From sequence record MH445380.1: 64,000 nt of DNA, one strand, 5' to 3'. Below, piece by piece: positions 51,085 to 60,156 of the stretch. A program made the translations under genes and the position numbers. The first letter of the stretch is position 1. Each line of letters begins with the position of its first letter. Source of the stretch: Escherichia phage P1. The notes beneath the pieces are model-generated. The model had not been told where the DNA came from and ran no database searches. It saw nothing but the letters and a program-made list of their open reading frames with translations.

Positions 51085-51721
51085 CCGTTTTTACATGATG
51101 TGCTTGCGTGAAACTGTGGGTAATAACGCCTCATTCCATTGCCATAACGGCAATGGTTACAGTTCTGATATCGATCGCGCTCATGTTTACACGCTGGAAG
51201 AAGCCCAAAAAGCCTGGAATTGTGGTCGAGATATCGATCAGCCTGTTTGCGCTGATAGCGTGGATGCAATGGCTGTGTGGCACGTTGATTGCCAGTACAT
51301 CCCTACAGAAAGCCTGATTGAGTCAGATTGCACTGCGTATGTGGCCTACAAAAAAGGTAGCTGGAACGGCAACGATGTTTACTGGCTTCAACACGGTGGA
51401 TTGCCAACAGATGACTTCAGTAAAGCGACCATCTTTAGCGTCGCCAACAAAAACGAACCAGGAATAGTTTGGTTGCCATTTTCCATTGCTGATGCAGCAA
51501 AGCGCCGGACGTTCAATATCAATAACTTTAACCGCAGAACAATGGTTCAGGGCGCAGGTTTGGTCATGCCTGACTGGTTGAAAAAGCAAAACAGAAGAAA
51601 GAAGTCGCGAAGCGGGAAGGTGCGTTGGAATTGTCCGCATTGCGGAAAAATAACCTGGCAGTACAGCCCATATGATTTTGAAGGCTGTAGTGATTACAAC
51701 TGTGAAGGATGGCGAGAATGA
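51077..51721 (+). CDS. Hypothetical Cys-rich protein with C-terminal zinc ribbon
   Basis: 214-aa ORF ending ..WNCPHCGKITW..CSDYNCEGW. Confidence 0.5.
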   Translation: MSNRFYMMCLRETVGNNASFHCHNGNGYSSDIDRAHVYTLEEAQKAWNCGRDIDQPVCADSVDAMAVWHVDCQYIPTESLIESDCTAYVAYKKGSWNGNDVYWLQHGGLPTDDFSKATIFSVANKNEPGIVWLPFSIADAAKRRTFNINNFNRRTMVQGAGLVMPDWLKKQNRRKKSRSGKVRWNCPHCGKITWQYSPYDFEGCSDYNCEGWRE

Positions 51722-52302
51722 CAATTGACTATCAGGTACTGCGTGAGGCGGCGGAACAGGCAACGCAAGATGAATGGGTAGCATATATTTTGCCGGGTCA
51801 TAACGGCATTTATCCTGCGCGCACGTCTGAGGGTAGGCATTGCGGATACTTTATTGACTGGCCTGGCGTCTGTCAGGGGCGGGAGAGCATCAGCATCAGA
51901 ACCTACGCAGTGAATTGCAATGACGCATGGCTAAACACCGAAGGTGATGACATCTCCGGCTCATACGTTAAGTACAAAGACCATCAGGAAGTGGTTGCCG
52001 CTCTTGAGGCCAAGTGCGCGGCGCTGGCAGTGGAGAATGCGGCGCTTAAACAGTCGGAGAAGGAATTTAATAACTTCTGTCGTCAGGAGTACTACGGTTG
52101 GGAGGACAACTTCACGGAAACCCCAGCTACCGACGCTCTCCTGGCTGAAGTACGTGCGCAGGGGGTGGATATGGCTCGTAACGCGATGATTGATTTTGTT
52201 GATGGTGAAGTTGGGCCAAACAAGAACGTTCCGGGGCTGATTAGAGGCGCAGAGATATGCGTAAGTATTGCTGAACAGCTTCGCAAAGGAGGCAACCAGT
52301 GA
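51709..52302 (+). CDS. Ead/Ea22-like protein (paralog 1)
   Basis: N-terminus TIDYQVLREAAEQAT is the typical Ead/Ea22 start of lambdoid accessory genes. Confidence 0.5.
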   Translation: MARMTIDYQVLREAAEQATQDEWVAYILPGHNGIYPARTSEGRHCGYFIDWPGVCQGRESISIRTYAVNCNDAWLNTEGDDISGSYVKYKDHQEVVAALEAKCAALAVENAALKQSEKEFNNFCRQEYYGWEDNFTETPATDALLAEVRAQGVDMARNAMIDFVDGEVGPNKNVPGLIRGAEICVSIAEQLRKGGNQ

Positions 52303-52745
52303 GCAAGATTGATTATCAAAAGCTTCGTGAAATCGCTGAAAAAACAAAAATTGCTGGTGAAGCACCTGTAATGCCCTTCGATCAGCGAATTAATGCGCTT
52401 AACGATTTTATGAAGCACTTTTCGCCAGATATCGCGCTGGCACTGCTGGATGAACTGGAAAGAAACCAGCAATACATCAAATCCCGCGACCAGGAGAACG
52501 AGGATATTGCGCTAACGGTAGGGAAGTTGCGCGTTGAGCTTGAGGCAGAAAAACAGCGGGCAAAGGATCTGTTTATGGAAAATGCTCGGCTTAAGTCAGG
52601 TATAGCCGGTCTGATACACCTCGGTATTCGATATGCAGATGTTGATGTCATGAAAATTGCTGGAGATGCCCAGCTTTCTACCCCATGCACTGACAGCATC
52701 ATAAACAGCATTGCAACAGGCATTCGCATCAACGGAGGTGAGTAG
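52299..52745 (+). CDS. Ead/Ea22-like protein (paralog 2)
   Basis: N-terminus MSKIDYQKLREIAEKT followed by a coiled coil; coupled to paralog 1. Confidence 0.5.
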   Translation: MSKIDYQKLREIAEKTKIAGEAPVMPFDQRINALNDFMKHFSPDIALALLDELERNQQYIKSRDQENEDIALTVGKLRVELEAEKQRAKDLFMENARLKSGIAGLIHLGIRYADVDVMKIAGDAQLSTPCTDSIINSIATGIRINGGE

Positions 52746-52917
52746 TGCGTGTGGCATGTATTGGCTTGTTACCGTACCCGACTCGTTTTTGGGCTTCTGC
52801 GCTAATTGCAAAGCCACAGGTCCTGATGGCTGACAACATCACCCCAGCACCAAAGCGCCGCCATACCGGTATTGCAGCGGCACGACGAGCAGCAAAGAGA
52901 CGCAGGAGAGCAAAGCG

Positions 52918-53092
52918 ATGAAAAACCGTAAGGCAAAACGACTTTTTTTACAGCGACCTGTGCGTGTGGTGGAGCTGGTTATTAGCAACCATAAGATAGC
53001 GGTACTCCATCCATTTGGTCAGGTGGCTTTTGCCGCAAAGCGTAAGCCTACTGCGTCACAGAACAGGCGGAAGAAAGGGTACGCAGTAAGAT
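52918..53092 (+). CDS. Small basic protein (58 aa; below ORF-track threshold), tandem paralog 1
   Basis: Hand translation MKNRKAKRLFLQRPVRVVELV...; its stop overlaps the next ATG (ATGA). Confidence 0.35.
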
Positions 53093-53279
53093 GAAAAACC
53101 GTAAAGCAAAGATTCTGTTAGTTCGTAGAAACGCTCCTGGCGTCTGGCAGTGGGTGAGACTCAGCAACCGACGGATGGGGTTGATGAAATATTACGGGAT
53201 GATGGATTGTGGTTTTTGCAAAAAGCCCAGCGCGGCGCAAAACCGCTGGAAAAACCATTTGCGCACTAAAGGAGAGTGA
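53091..53279 (+). CDS. Small basic protein, tandem paralog 2
   Basis: 62-aa ORF starting MKNRKAKILLVRR, sharing its first codons with the preceding ORF. Confidence 0.4.
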   Translation: MKNRKAKILLVRRNAPGVWQWVRLSNRRMGLMKYYGMMDCGFCKKPSAAQNRWKNHLRTKGE

Positions 53280-53280
53280 T

Positions 53281-53796
53281 ATGGCGTTAACACACCGCGA
53301 ACTCTGTCAGATTGCGTACAAGTTCCTTAAGCGCAACGGGTTCAAGGTTTGTTTTCATGACCGCTTTATAGCTGTAACCAGTACCGGAGAACAGCCAGAT
53401 GCTATGGGGTTCAGAAATTCAGCATCATGCCTGATAGAGGCGAAGTGTTCTCGTGCTGATTTGTTGGCAGATAGAAAAAAGCGTTTTCGTAAAAATCCGT
53501 CTCTTGGAATGGGCGACTGGCGATTCTTTATTAGTGAGCCGGGAATTATTTCAATTGAGGATTTACCACCTGGCTGGGGATTACTTCACGTTGTTAACGG
53601 AAGAGTACGGAAAGTACATGGGTGGCCCAAGGGTAATTGCTGTTGGGGTAACCCTGAAGATAAACCTTTTATTGGGAATAAGCAGGTTGAATGCGATTAC
53701 ATGTTATCTGCATTAAGGCGCATGGAGTTGAGAGGGCACCTTAATGAAATATATGACGGTGTAATTGTTAATAAGAAAGAAGGAAACGCGGCATGA
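53281..53796 (+). CDS. PD-(D/E)xK nuclease-like protein (MmcB-like)
   Basis: From ATG 53281 with an AAGGAG Shine-Dalgarno; ..EQPDAMGF...LIEAKCS.. fits a PD-(D/E)xK core. Confidence 0.5.
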   Translation: MALTHRELCQIAYKFLKRNGFKVCFHDRFIAVTSTGEQPDAMGFRNSASCLIEAKCSRADLLADRKKRFRKNPSLGMGDWRFFISEPGIISIEDLPPGWGLLHVVNGRVRKVHGWPKGNCCWGNPEDKPFIGNKQVECDYMLSALRRMELRGHLNEIYDGVIVNKKEGNAA

Positions 53797-54650
53797 TCAC
53801 TATTACCAAAGAGCGACTGCTGACAATCAAGCAGTGGCGCGAAACATACGGACCTGATAGCAACGTTGTACTGCCAGCAGAAGAAGCGGAAGAACTGGCG
53901 CGTATCGTGCTGGCATCGCTGGAAGCAGAGCCTGTTCTGTATCAGTCCTGCACTCGCCCCACCTGGAATAGCGGTGTTCCGTGGACGGAATGGAAAGAAC
54001 GTAGTCGTGAGTGCTACGAAGACGATTTGCGTTTTACAGACACGCCTGACCATGCCGGTTGGATATACAAATGTCGAAAACTATATACCACTCCGCCAGC
54101 GCCGATAGCGTTAGAGGCCATTGAAAACGCAATTGAATACATTCGTAGTATCGCTTTTCACATCGATGAAGACGATTACCACGGCAAACATATTGCGTAT
54201 TTCATGCGACAAGCATTGGCCTGGCTGGAAGGGCATTCATGCAGCGACGACAGACTGGGTAAAGCCGACAATCAACCAGTACGCGGCAACCAGGCTGCCG
54301 AATCCAATCGCGGTAATGAGTGGACCGGCAATCCTGATATTGATAACGCAATCATCATGCTCGACCGCATAGATACGGCGGAAAGTTACGATGATGACCG
54401 TATTGAGGCTGTTAAGGCTGTTTTGCGTAGACTGGCAGGCAACTCTCCGGTAACTCCGGATGGTTGGATAAGCTGTAGTGAGCGAATGCCCCCTCAAGAT
54501 GATTGGATTTTAATTTATTCAAAGCACGGCGAGTATATGGCAGGACAGGTACAAGGGGAATACGTGGAGTTGAGCGACGGCACTTTATCGTGGTTAGGGA
54601 ACGCCTTGTTCTGGATGCCGCTACCAGAACCGCCGCAGGAGGCGAAATGA
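53793..54650 (+). CDS. Hypothetical protein with DUF551-like C-terminus
   Basis: 285-aa ORF; C-terminal WISCSERMPPQDDWIL pattern. Confidence 0.5.
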   Translation: MITITKERLLTIKQWRETYGPDSNVVLPAEEAEELARIVLASLEAEPVLYQSCTRPTWNSGVPWTEWKERSRECYEDDLRFTDTPDHAGWIYKCRKLYTTPPAPIALEAIENAIEYIRSIAFHIDEDDYHGKHIAYFMRQALAWLEGHSCSDDRLGKADNQPVRGNQAAESNRGNEWTGNPDIDNAIIMLDRIDTAESYDDDRIEAVKAVLRRLAGNSPVTPDGWISCSERMPPQDDWILIYSKHGEYMAGQVQGEYVELSDGTLSWLGNALFWMPLPEPPQEAK

Positions 54651-54907
54651 TGGATGTAAAAGAGAAGGTTTTGCAGGTGATGCGTTCCCGGGCTGCCCTG
54701 CAAGATAAAGCTCTCGGCGGGGAATATCCATTCAGGATGGCAACCTGGAATCTGCGGTTGGCAATGGAGAAGGAATTTCCTGATGAAGAATGGCGTTCGG
54801 CAGATTTGCGCAAAATTCTTATGGAGCTGGCTAAAGACGGAACAGTATCCAAAGATACCCATGCCAGCCGGATTGGTCAGGCGGTATGGAGACTGGAGGT
54901 GAGGTAA
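54647..54907 (+). CDS. Small hypothetical protein
   Basis: ATGATG start overlapping the preceding stop; ~86 aa. Confidence 0.4.
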   Translation: MMDVKEKVLQVMRSRAALQDKALGGEYPFRMATWNLRLAMEKEFPDEEWRSADLRKILMELAKDGTVSKDTHASRIGQAVWRLEVR

Positions 54908-55188
54908 TGGCTAACCTGCAACTTGCCGTTAAAGGTGAATACTTCGATGCCATGATTCGCGGGGAGAAAACGGAAGAGTATCGCCTGTGTAATGACTACT
55001 GGAATAAGCGCCTCGTTAACCGTAAGTATTACCGCCTGATTATCACAAAGGGATATCCGAAGCGCGAAGACTTCAGTCGCAGAATTGACGTCCCGTATAA
55101 CGGATATGAAATAAAAACAATCACACATCCACACTTCGGTGATAAACCGGTAAAGGTGTTCGCGATAAAAGTGAAGATTAATAGCTAA
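54907..55188 (+). CDS. ASCH-like small protein
   Basis: Start ATG overlaps the preceding stop (TAATG); LAVKGEYFDAMIRGEKTEEYR motif. Confidence 0.4.
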   Translation: MANLQLAVKGEYFDAMIRGEKTEEYRLCNDYWNKRLVNRKYYRLIITKGYPKREDFSRRIDVPYNGYEIKTITHPHFGDKPVKVFAIKVKINS

Positions 55189-55211
55189 ATTTCAATTAAC
55201 ACGGAGTAATT

Positions 55212-55505
55212 ATGTGGCGCGGTAATAATCATGGCGGAAGTCAGATGATACTTACCGAATATACGTTCGACCACAAAACCAATAAATCACGTTCAGTATA
55301 TTTGCTTCGGCACAATAGCCGCGTAAGAAATACCGTTCTGGAGCAAAATCTGACCGTTGAAATGGATAATTTGGGAAACTTCAAGCCAACAATATCGCTT
55401 GATGATTTTCCGTGTGGTTTAAGCGAAAGAGAAGCAATGCTGAAATTAGCAGAATGGCTACAAAGATTAAGCATTGCTATTGAAGATAACTGGTCTGAAC
55501 CTTAA
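55212..55505 (+). CDS. Hypothetical protein
   Basis: 97-aa ORF. Confidence 0.4.
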   Translation: MWRGNNHGGSQMILTEYTFDHKTNKSRSVYLLRHNSRVRNTVLEQNLTVEMDNLGNFKPTISLDDFPCGLSEREAMLKLAEWLQRLSIAIEDNWSEP

Positions 55506-55511
55506 ATTAAT

Positions 55512-55886
55512 ATGATGACACTAAAACATTTTCTTGACCGCCCATTATGGGCGGCAGCCGCAGGCTATGACTTTAATTATATGGATTGCATGTCTTATAC
55601 TGCCAATGCATACGACCATTCGTTCAGCCTGCTGTTTAATTCTTTAAGAATATTGCCGGAAACAGAAGTTGGAGAGCTTCATTTATGGATATTGGGCTTT
55701 ATCGCGGCTGGAGTTGGTATTGCCGTATGGCCTTTTATTTTCTGGCTGGTGGCTGTTGTAGTGTGGTTTAAGTGCAAGACGTACCGGAAAAAGTATTTCT
55801 TAGGTGATGGAATGACTGATATTGCCAAAATGAACATTGAAAAATGGACTAAGGAATGTGAAAAGAAATGGCGCAAAAAGAAATGA
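55512..55886 (+). CDS. Small membrane protein
   Basis: 124-aa ORF with a central hydrophobic pair of helices and a lysine-rich tail. Confidence 0.45.
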   Translation: MMTLKHFLDRPLWAAAAGYDFNYMDCMSYTANAYDHSFSLLFNSLRILPETEVGELHLWILGFIAAGVGIAVWPFIFWLVAVVVWFKCKTYRKKYFLGDGMTDIAKMNIEKWTKECEKKWRKKK

Positions 55887-56542
55887 CTACTCTAACGACA
55901 GCATACTTACAGCAATTGGTATTTTTTGCAGGCGAGGCTACTTGTCATCCTGACGCAAACTATTTATTGGAATTTGAGAGGTTAGCGTCACCCGGTATCG
56001 TTCTGGAACTGGCCCAACAGGTGCTGGCCTTGAGACAAAAAGAGCAACATGAAAGTAATACGTGTAGATTGAATTTTGAGCAGTGGCTGGAACAGCAACG
56101 CGGGAAAATCGATGTGGACTGTGGTTGTGTGTCCACTGAAACATTCATGCACTGGCTGCGGGTAGCTTACGAGGCTGGCAACTATCCGGATATTCCGGAT
56201 AGTTCGGTGCCAGCGCCAGGAAAGGGCGTCACCGGTGAACGTATCCGCATTAAGCCGCATGTTTATCGCGAACTGGTTAACCGTCTCCACGATACAGCGA
56301 TCAAGTGTGCTGGCACTCAGCAATTACGAGAAAGAATTAGCCGTGTTTTGGGCGACGTTATTACGCCATATCATCATAAACAAGCCGAGAAAAGCGGTCT
56401 GGAAAGGTGTCATCTTGAGGCAGCATTAAACATTAAGCCGGGGCATACGCTAGGCATTATTGATGCACTGTTGGTTCATAAGATGGCCAGGGCTTTATTG
56501 TCGTTGGTGGACGCTGGTGATACAAGCGAGGGTGAAGTATGA
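55868..56542 (+). CDS. Hypothetical protein
   Basis: 224-aa ORF. Confidence 0.5.
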   Translation: MAQKEMTTLTTAYLQQLVFFAGEATCHPDANYLLEFERLASPGIVLELAQQVLALRQKEQHESNTCRLNFEQWLEQQRGKIDVDCGCVSTETFMHWLRVAYEAGNYPDIPDSSVPAPGKGVTGERIRIKPHVYRELVNRLHDTAIKCAGTQQLRERISRVLGDVITPYHHKQAEKSGLERCHLEAALNIKPGHTLGIIDALLVHKMARALLSLVDAGDTSEGEV

Positions 56543-56901
56543 GAGTTGCAGATCACATCAAACACCTTGAAAGAATTATCGAAAACGGTGAACTCTTAAG
56601 AGATCAGATGAGACGCACGGCAGAAGCCAGGGAGGCGATAATCCGCAGTCAGGCTGGTAAATTAAAGCAATTGTCAGAGATTAACACGCTATACAAGAAC
56701 AGACGTAACCGGGCGGTGATGCGGCTTCAGAAAGCACGTAATGAAATTAAATTGGTGGAGGCAAAACTGAAAAAACAGATCCAGCGTTACGATCAGCAAG
56801 ATGCTTTTTATGCCGCCATCAAGGCGGCTGCTAATGAAATAGGCATCTGGAAGTTGCTGGTGGAGAAAGCAAAGACGAAGTTAAATGCCAACGAAAGCTG
56901 A
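56539..56901 (+). CDS. Hypothetical coiled-coil protein
   Basis: 120-aa ORF, last gene of the plus-strand accessory block. Confidence 0.5.
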   Translation: MRVADHIKHLERIIENGELLRDQMRRTAEAREAIIRSQAGKLKQLSEINTLYKNRRNRAVMRLQKARNEIKLVEAKLKKQIQRYDQQDAFYAAIKAAANEIGIWKLLVEKAKTKLNANES

Positions 56902-56976
56902 ACTACAGGTGCCCACCAGCACATACAGAAAATGATTGTTTCCACATCAAGGAGATTTTAATGTTTCACTGAAACA

Positions 56977-57114
56977 TTAAGTAAGCCAGTGCATAATTCC
57001 ATTTTTTACTGACCTTAAAAGCAAAATCAAAACGATGATGAGGATAATAGCCAGAATCTGGCTAATAATAGGCGCATCTAAAAATGCACTCAGGAACTGA
57101 AAAAAAGCGTTCAT
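56977..57114 (-). CDS. Small hydrophobic peptide (45 aa), candidate membrane toxin
   Basis: Hand translation MNAFFQFLSAFLDAPIISQILAIILIIVLILLLRSVKNGIMHWLT; AGGA Shine-Dalgarno 9 nt upstream; its stop lies inside an inverted repeat (56958-56980). Below the ORF-track threshold. Confidence 0.3.
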   Translation of the reverse strand: MNAFFQFLSAFLDAPIISQILAIILIIVLILLLRSVKNGIMHWLT

Positions 57115-57976
57115 TCAGGTGGTTCCTTGTCAAATGTAAAGGTGCACTTGCTCACGTTGACGTAGAAACCCAACCCCTATATAGTTGGATTCGGTGAATG
57201 AAAGTCGTTAACGTGAGCTTACGGCACATGTTTTCGGAAAAACATCAGGGAACGGCTAATTCCTTGATGCGGGTGGGGTCTGTAATGCAGACCCTATCTA
57301 TTAACGTCATGATTGCATCTCAAATTTTCTCCTTATCTTCAATTAATCTACATTCATTTCATCTGTTAGCCACCACAATATGTAGAAAATGGCCCTCTTG
57401 CAAGTGCATAACTTTGTGGATAACTCAGGAAGGAAAAAGTGGCTTTCGCGCACCTTCGGTCAGACAAGGTGTCCGGGAAAGTCAACGCAAAGAAAAAAAT
57501 TGTTAAAAATAACGTTTGTTGGAATTGTATATTTTTATCCCCTTCAATGGTTAGCATTCTATTAACATCTTTTTTTAGAGACAGAAAAACATATCGTAAC
57601 AACATATATACAGTGTTAAGCGGCGAGTATTATCCTGCGGTGGGAATTCTGGGCGCTGTTAGATTCGACTTTCTCAGCAGGATTACATCGTCAACTTGCG
57701 ACGTTGCCGTATGACTTTCGTGTAATAGGTGACAATGATGCGGCTAGTGAGTTACTTGTGAAGTTTTTCGGAAAAGGTTTTGTGGCCTCGGATCTTGATG
57801 AGCTACAGCAACATGAAGTGTCTAATTTGATTTTTAGCCATAGCCAATAAGCCTCCCTCCTCCATCAAGGCCACAATTTGTGACCTTAAACAATTTGTTT
57901 TCTGCTTTTTCTTATTTGAGAAAATAACGTTGTTGACAGCTAATAGGCTCGTTGTTGTTATACATGCCTGTATAGA

Positions 57977-58333
57977 TTATGACCGTAAATTATTAGCGGA
58001 TTTTAAGCCATATTCACCGTTGTAGAAATTACTCATGTTCCATTCATTAGGAAGTTCTTTTCTGTCCAATGTATAGTGGCGCACGATATAACGATCTTCA
58101 TCTTCTTCGATGGACAGGCGGACATAGCCAATGTGAATCACCGATACGGGCGGTGTTCGTATTGCATAGATGTCGCGGAGATATACCGGCAGCTCGACAA
58201 ATGCATCAGGTGCATCTGTGATGCTCGTTTTTTCACAGTATTCATATAACGCATCGTTGATATCGTTAAGAGATTCATGATCGTATATTTCCAGGTAATT
58301 ACCGCGATCGCGATGGTACTCGATTTTAGCCAT
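57977..58333 (-). CDS. Hypothetical protein (second gene of an unassigned two-gene operon)
   Basis: 118-aa ORF starting immediately after the stop of the upstream gene; no recognisable motif. Confidence 0.55.
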   Translation of the reverse strand: MAKIEYHRDRGNYLEIYDHESLNDINDALYEYCEKTSITDAPDAFVELPVYLRDIYAIRTPPVSVIHIGYVRLSIEEDEDRYIVRHYTLDRKELPNEWNMSNFYNGEYGLKSANNLRS

Positions 58334-58918
58334 TCAAAATCCCCTGTTATCGTTTTGCATTTCTCTAATCCGGTTCAGAACTACTTCATGCTGGACTTGG
58401 ATAGCGGCTTTTTCGTTTTCAAGCCGGGCAATAGACATCTCTAATTCTTTGCTGTACCAGGCGAGCTGGGCCAGGTTCATCCGGTTGTGGTCGAGAGTTG
58501 GAGACACTTCGACGCGATCCCTTTCTTCCTGCTTTAATGAGAAGAGATTTATCTCATCCCTTGAGGAAAATTCAGCAACAATTTCTTGTTGATGATCCGG
58601 TCGCTGCGGCATCCTCGCCAGTATAAATGGCGGTTCTTTTGAAAACATGAATGTCGGTTCAGACCGTGTTTTTACCCAGCTTGCCTGCTGTCTTTCGGCA
58701 AGTTCACAGGCTTCATCATAGTTATCTGCCAAACAAAGCACGGATGGACGGTCCCACGCCCCACCATTCAGACAATAAACTACAATTTTCCCGTCAGGTT
58801 GTGTAACCCCATATGGATGGTCCCACCAGGCGTCCAGCTGAGCTTTAGAGCGTTTCTCGTTAGGAGTGCAGTCAAAATTTTTGGGCAATACAGGATCGAG
58901 AGGAATGCGGGCAGGCAT
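58334..58918 (-). CDS. Hypothetical protein (first gene of an unassigned two-gene operon)
   Basis: 194-aa ORF transcribed divergently from humD; C-terminal third is coiled-coil-like; no recognisable catalytic motif. Confidence 0.55.
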   Translation of the reverse strand: MPARIPLDPVLPKNFDCTPNEKRSKAQLDAWWDHPYGVTQPDGKIVVYCLNGGAWDRPSVLCLADNYDEACELAERQQASWVKTRSEPTFMFSKEPPFILARMPQRPDHQQEIVAEFSSRDEINLFSLKQEERDRVEVSPTLDHNRMNLAQLAWYSKELEMSIARLENEKAAIQVQHEVVLNRIREMQNDNRGF

Positions 58919-59055
58919 AGCTAATTCCTTATTAACTGATTGGCAACGAGGTTACGCTGATCCGTTGGTGATGAATAGTAGCAAAGAGCACAAAATCATC
59001 AGCGGTGGTTGATGTACGTAACGCGTTTGCACCAAAGGTGTCTCTTTAATGTATA

Positions 59056-59071
59056 CTGTATAAATGAACAG
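59056..59071. promoter_or_regulatory. LexA (SOS) box
   Basis: CTGTATAAATGAACAG fits CTG-N10-CAG with an AT-rich centre; 22 bp upstream of humD. Confidence 0.65.
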
Positions 59072-59092
59072 TATTATTGAGGTGAAAACGCT

Positions 59093-59482
59093 ATGGGCTT
59101 CCCTTCTCCTGCGGCGGATTATGTTGAAAGCCGAATTTCTCTTGATCAGCAACTAATCAGGCATCCATCAGCAACCTACTTCATGCGGGCAGCTGATAGC
59201 CATCACCGTGAGGGAATATTGCAGGGTGCTTTGCTGGTGGTTGATTCCTCGCTTACTCCGGTTGATGGTTCTCTGCTTGTGTGCGCTATGGAGGGTGAAT
59301 ATCGCATAAAGAGATACAGGAAGTATCCGCGCCAGCACCTGGAGGATTTAAGCACCGGGAAGAAAGAGGCGTTACCAGTAGATGACGATGGATACACGGG
59401 CAGTAATGCTGTTTTTGGTGTGATCACTCATGTCATCAATGATGCCAGAAGTGGGGAGTTTGATGATTGTCCGGTTATTTAA
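59093..59482 (+). CDS. humD: UmuD'-like SOS mutagenesis protein (S24 peptidase family)
   Basis: 129-aa ORF with the LexA/UmuD C-terminal domain pattern, preceded by a LexA box. Confidence 0.85.
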   Translation: MGFPSPAADYVESRISLDQQLIRHPSATYFMRAADSHHREGILQGALLVVDSSLTPVDGSLLVCAMEGEYRIKRYRKYPRQHLEDLSTGKKEALPVDDDGYTGSNAVFGVITHVINDARSGEFDDCPVI

Positions 59483-59554
59483 GCTGCAAAGGGCTGGTGC
59501 TTTATGCCTGTGAAGTTTATAATTGTGTACACATAACGAGTACACGAGGTGTTT

Positions 59555-59776
59555 ATGCAATCCATTAACTTCCGTACCGCGCGTGGCAACCTTTCTGAAG
59601 TGCTCAACAATGTTGAAGCCGGGGAAGAGGTTGAAATCACCCGCAGAGGCCGTGAGCCAGCAGTAATTGTCAGCAAGGCTACTTTCGAAGCCTACAAAAA
59701 AGCGGCGCTGGATGCTGAATTTGCATCCCTGTTTGACACCCTGGACTCCACCAACAAGGAACTGGTTAACCGATAA
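59555..59776 (+). CDS. phd: Phd antitoxin
   Basis: 73 aa from ATG 59555: [73 protein letters not shown], recognised as P1 Phd; the track ORF starts 2 codons upstream at a GTG. Confidence 0.9.
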
Positions 59777-60156
59777 TGAGGCATATATCACCGGAAGAAC
59801 TTATTGCGCTTCATGATGCGAATATAAGCCGCTACGGCGGCCTGCCGGGAATGTCTGATCCGGGTAGGGCAGAGGCCATTATCGGGAGAGTTCAGGCCAG
59901 AGTTGCCTACGAAGAGATCACCGACCTTTTCGAAGTCTCTGCCACCTACCTGGTGGCTACAGCGAGAGGGCATATATTCAATGATGCCAATAAGCGTACC
60001 GCGCTAAACAGTGCGCTGCTATTTCTACGCCGTAACGGGGTGCAGGTATTTGATTCACCTGAACTGGCAGACCTTACCGTAGGCGCTGCGACTGGCGAGA
60101 TATCTGTATCTTCTGTCGCCGACACGTTACGTAGATTGTATGGTTCTGCGGAGTAG
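59776..60156 (+). CDS. doc: Doc toxin (Fic-fold kinase)
   Basis: 126-aa ORF whose ATG overlaps the phd stop (TAATG); sequence recognised as P1 Doc. Confidence 0.9.

Noticed and set aside
57198-57506. 102-aa plus-strand ORF in the AT-rich island
   Set aside because: Low-complexity, AT-driven frame with no ribosome-binding site and no coupling to neighbours; more likely chance in AT-rich non-coding DNA.
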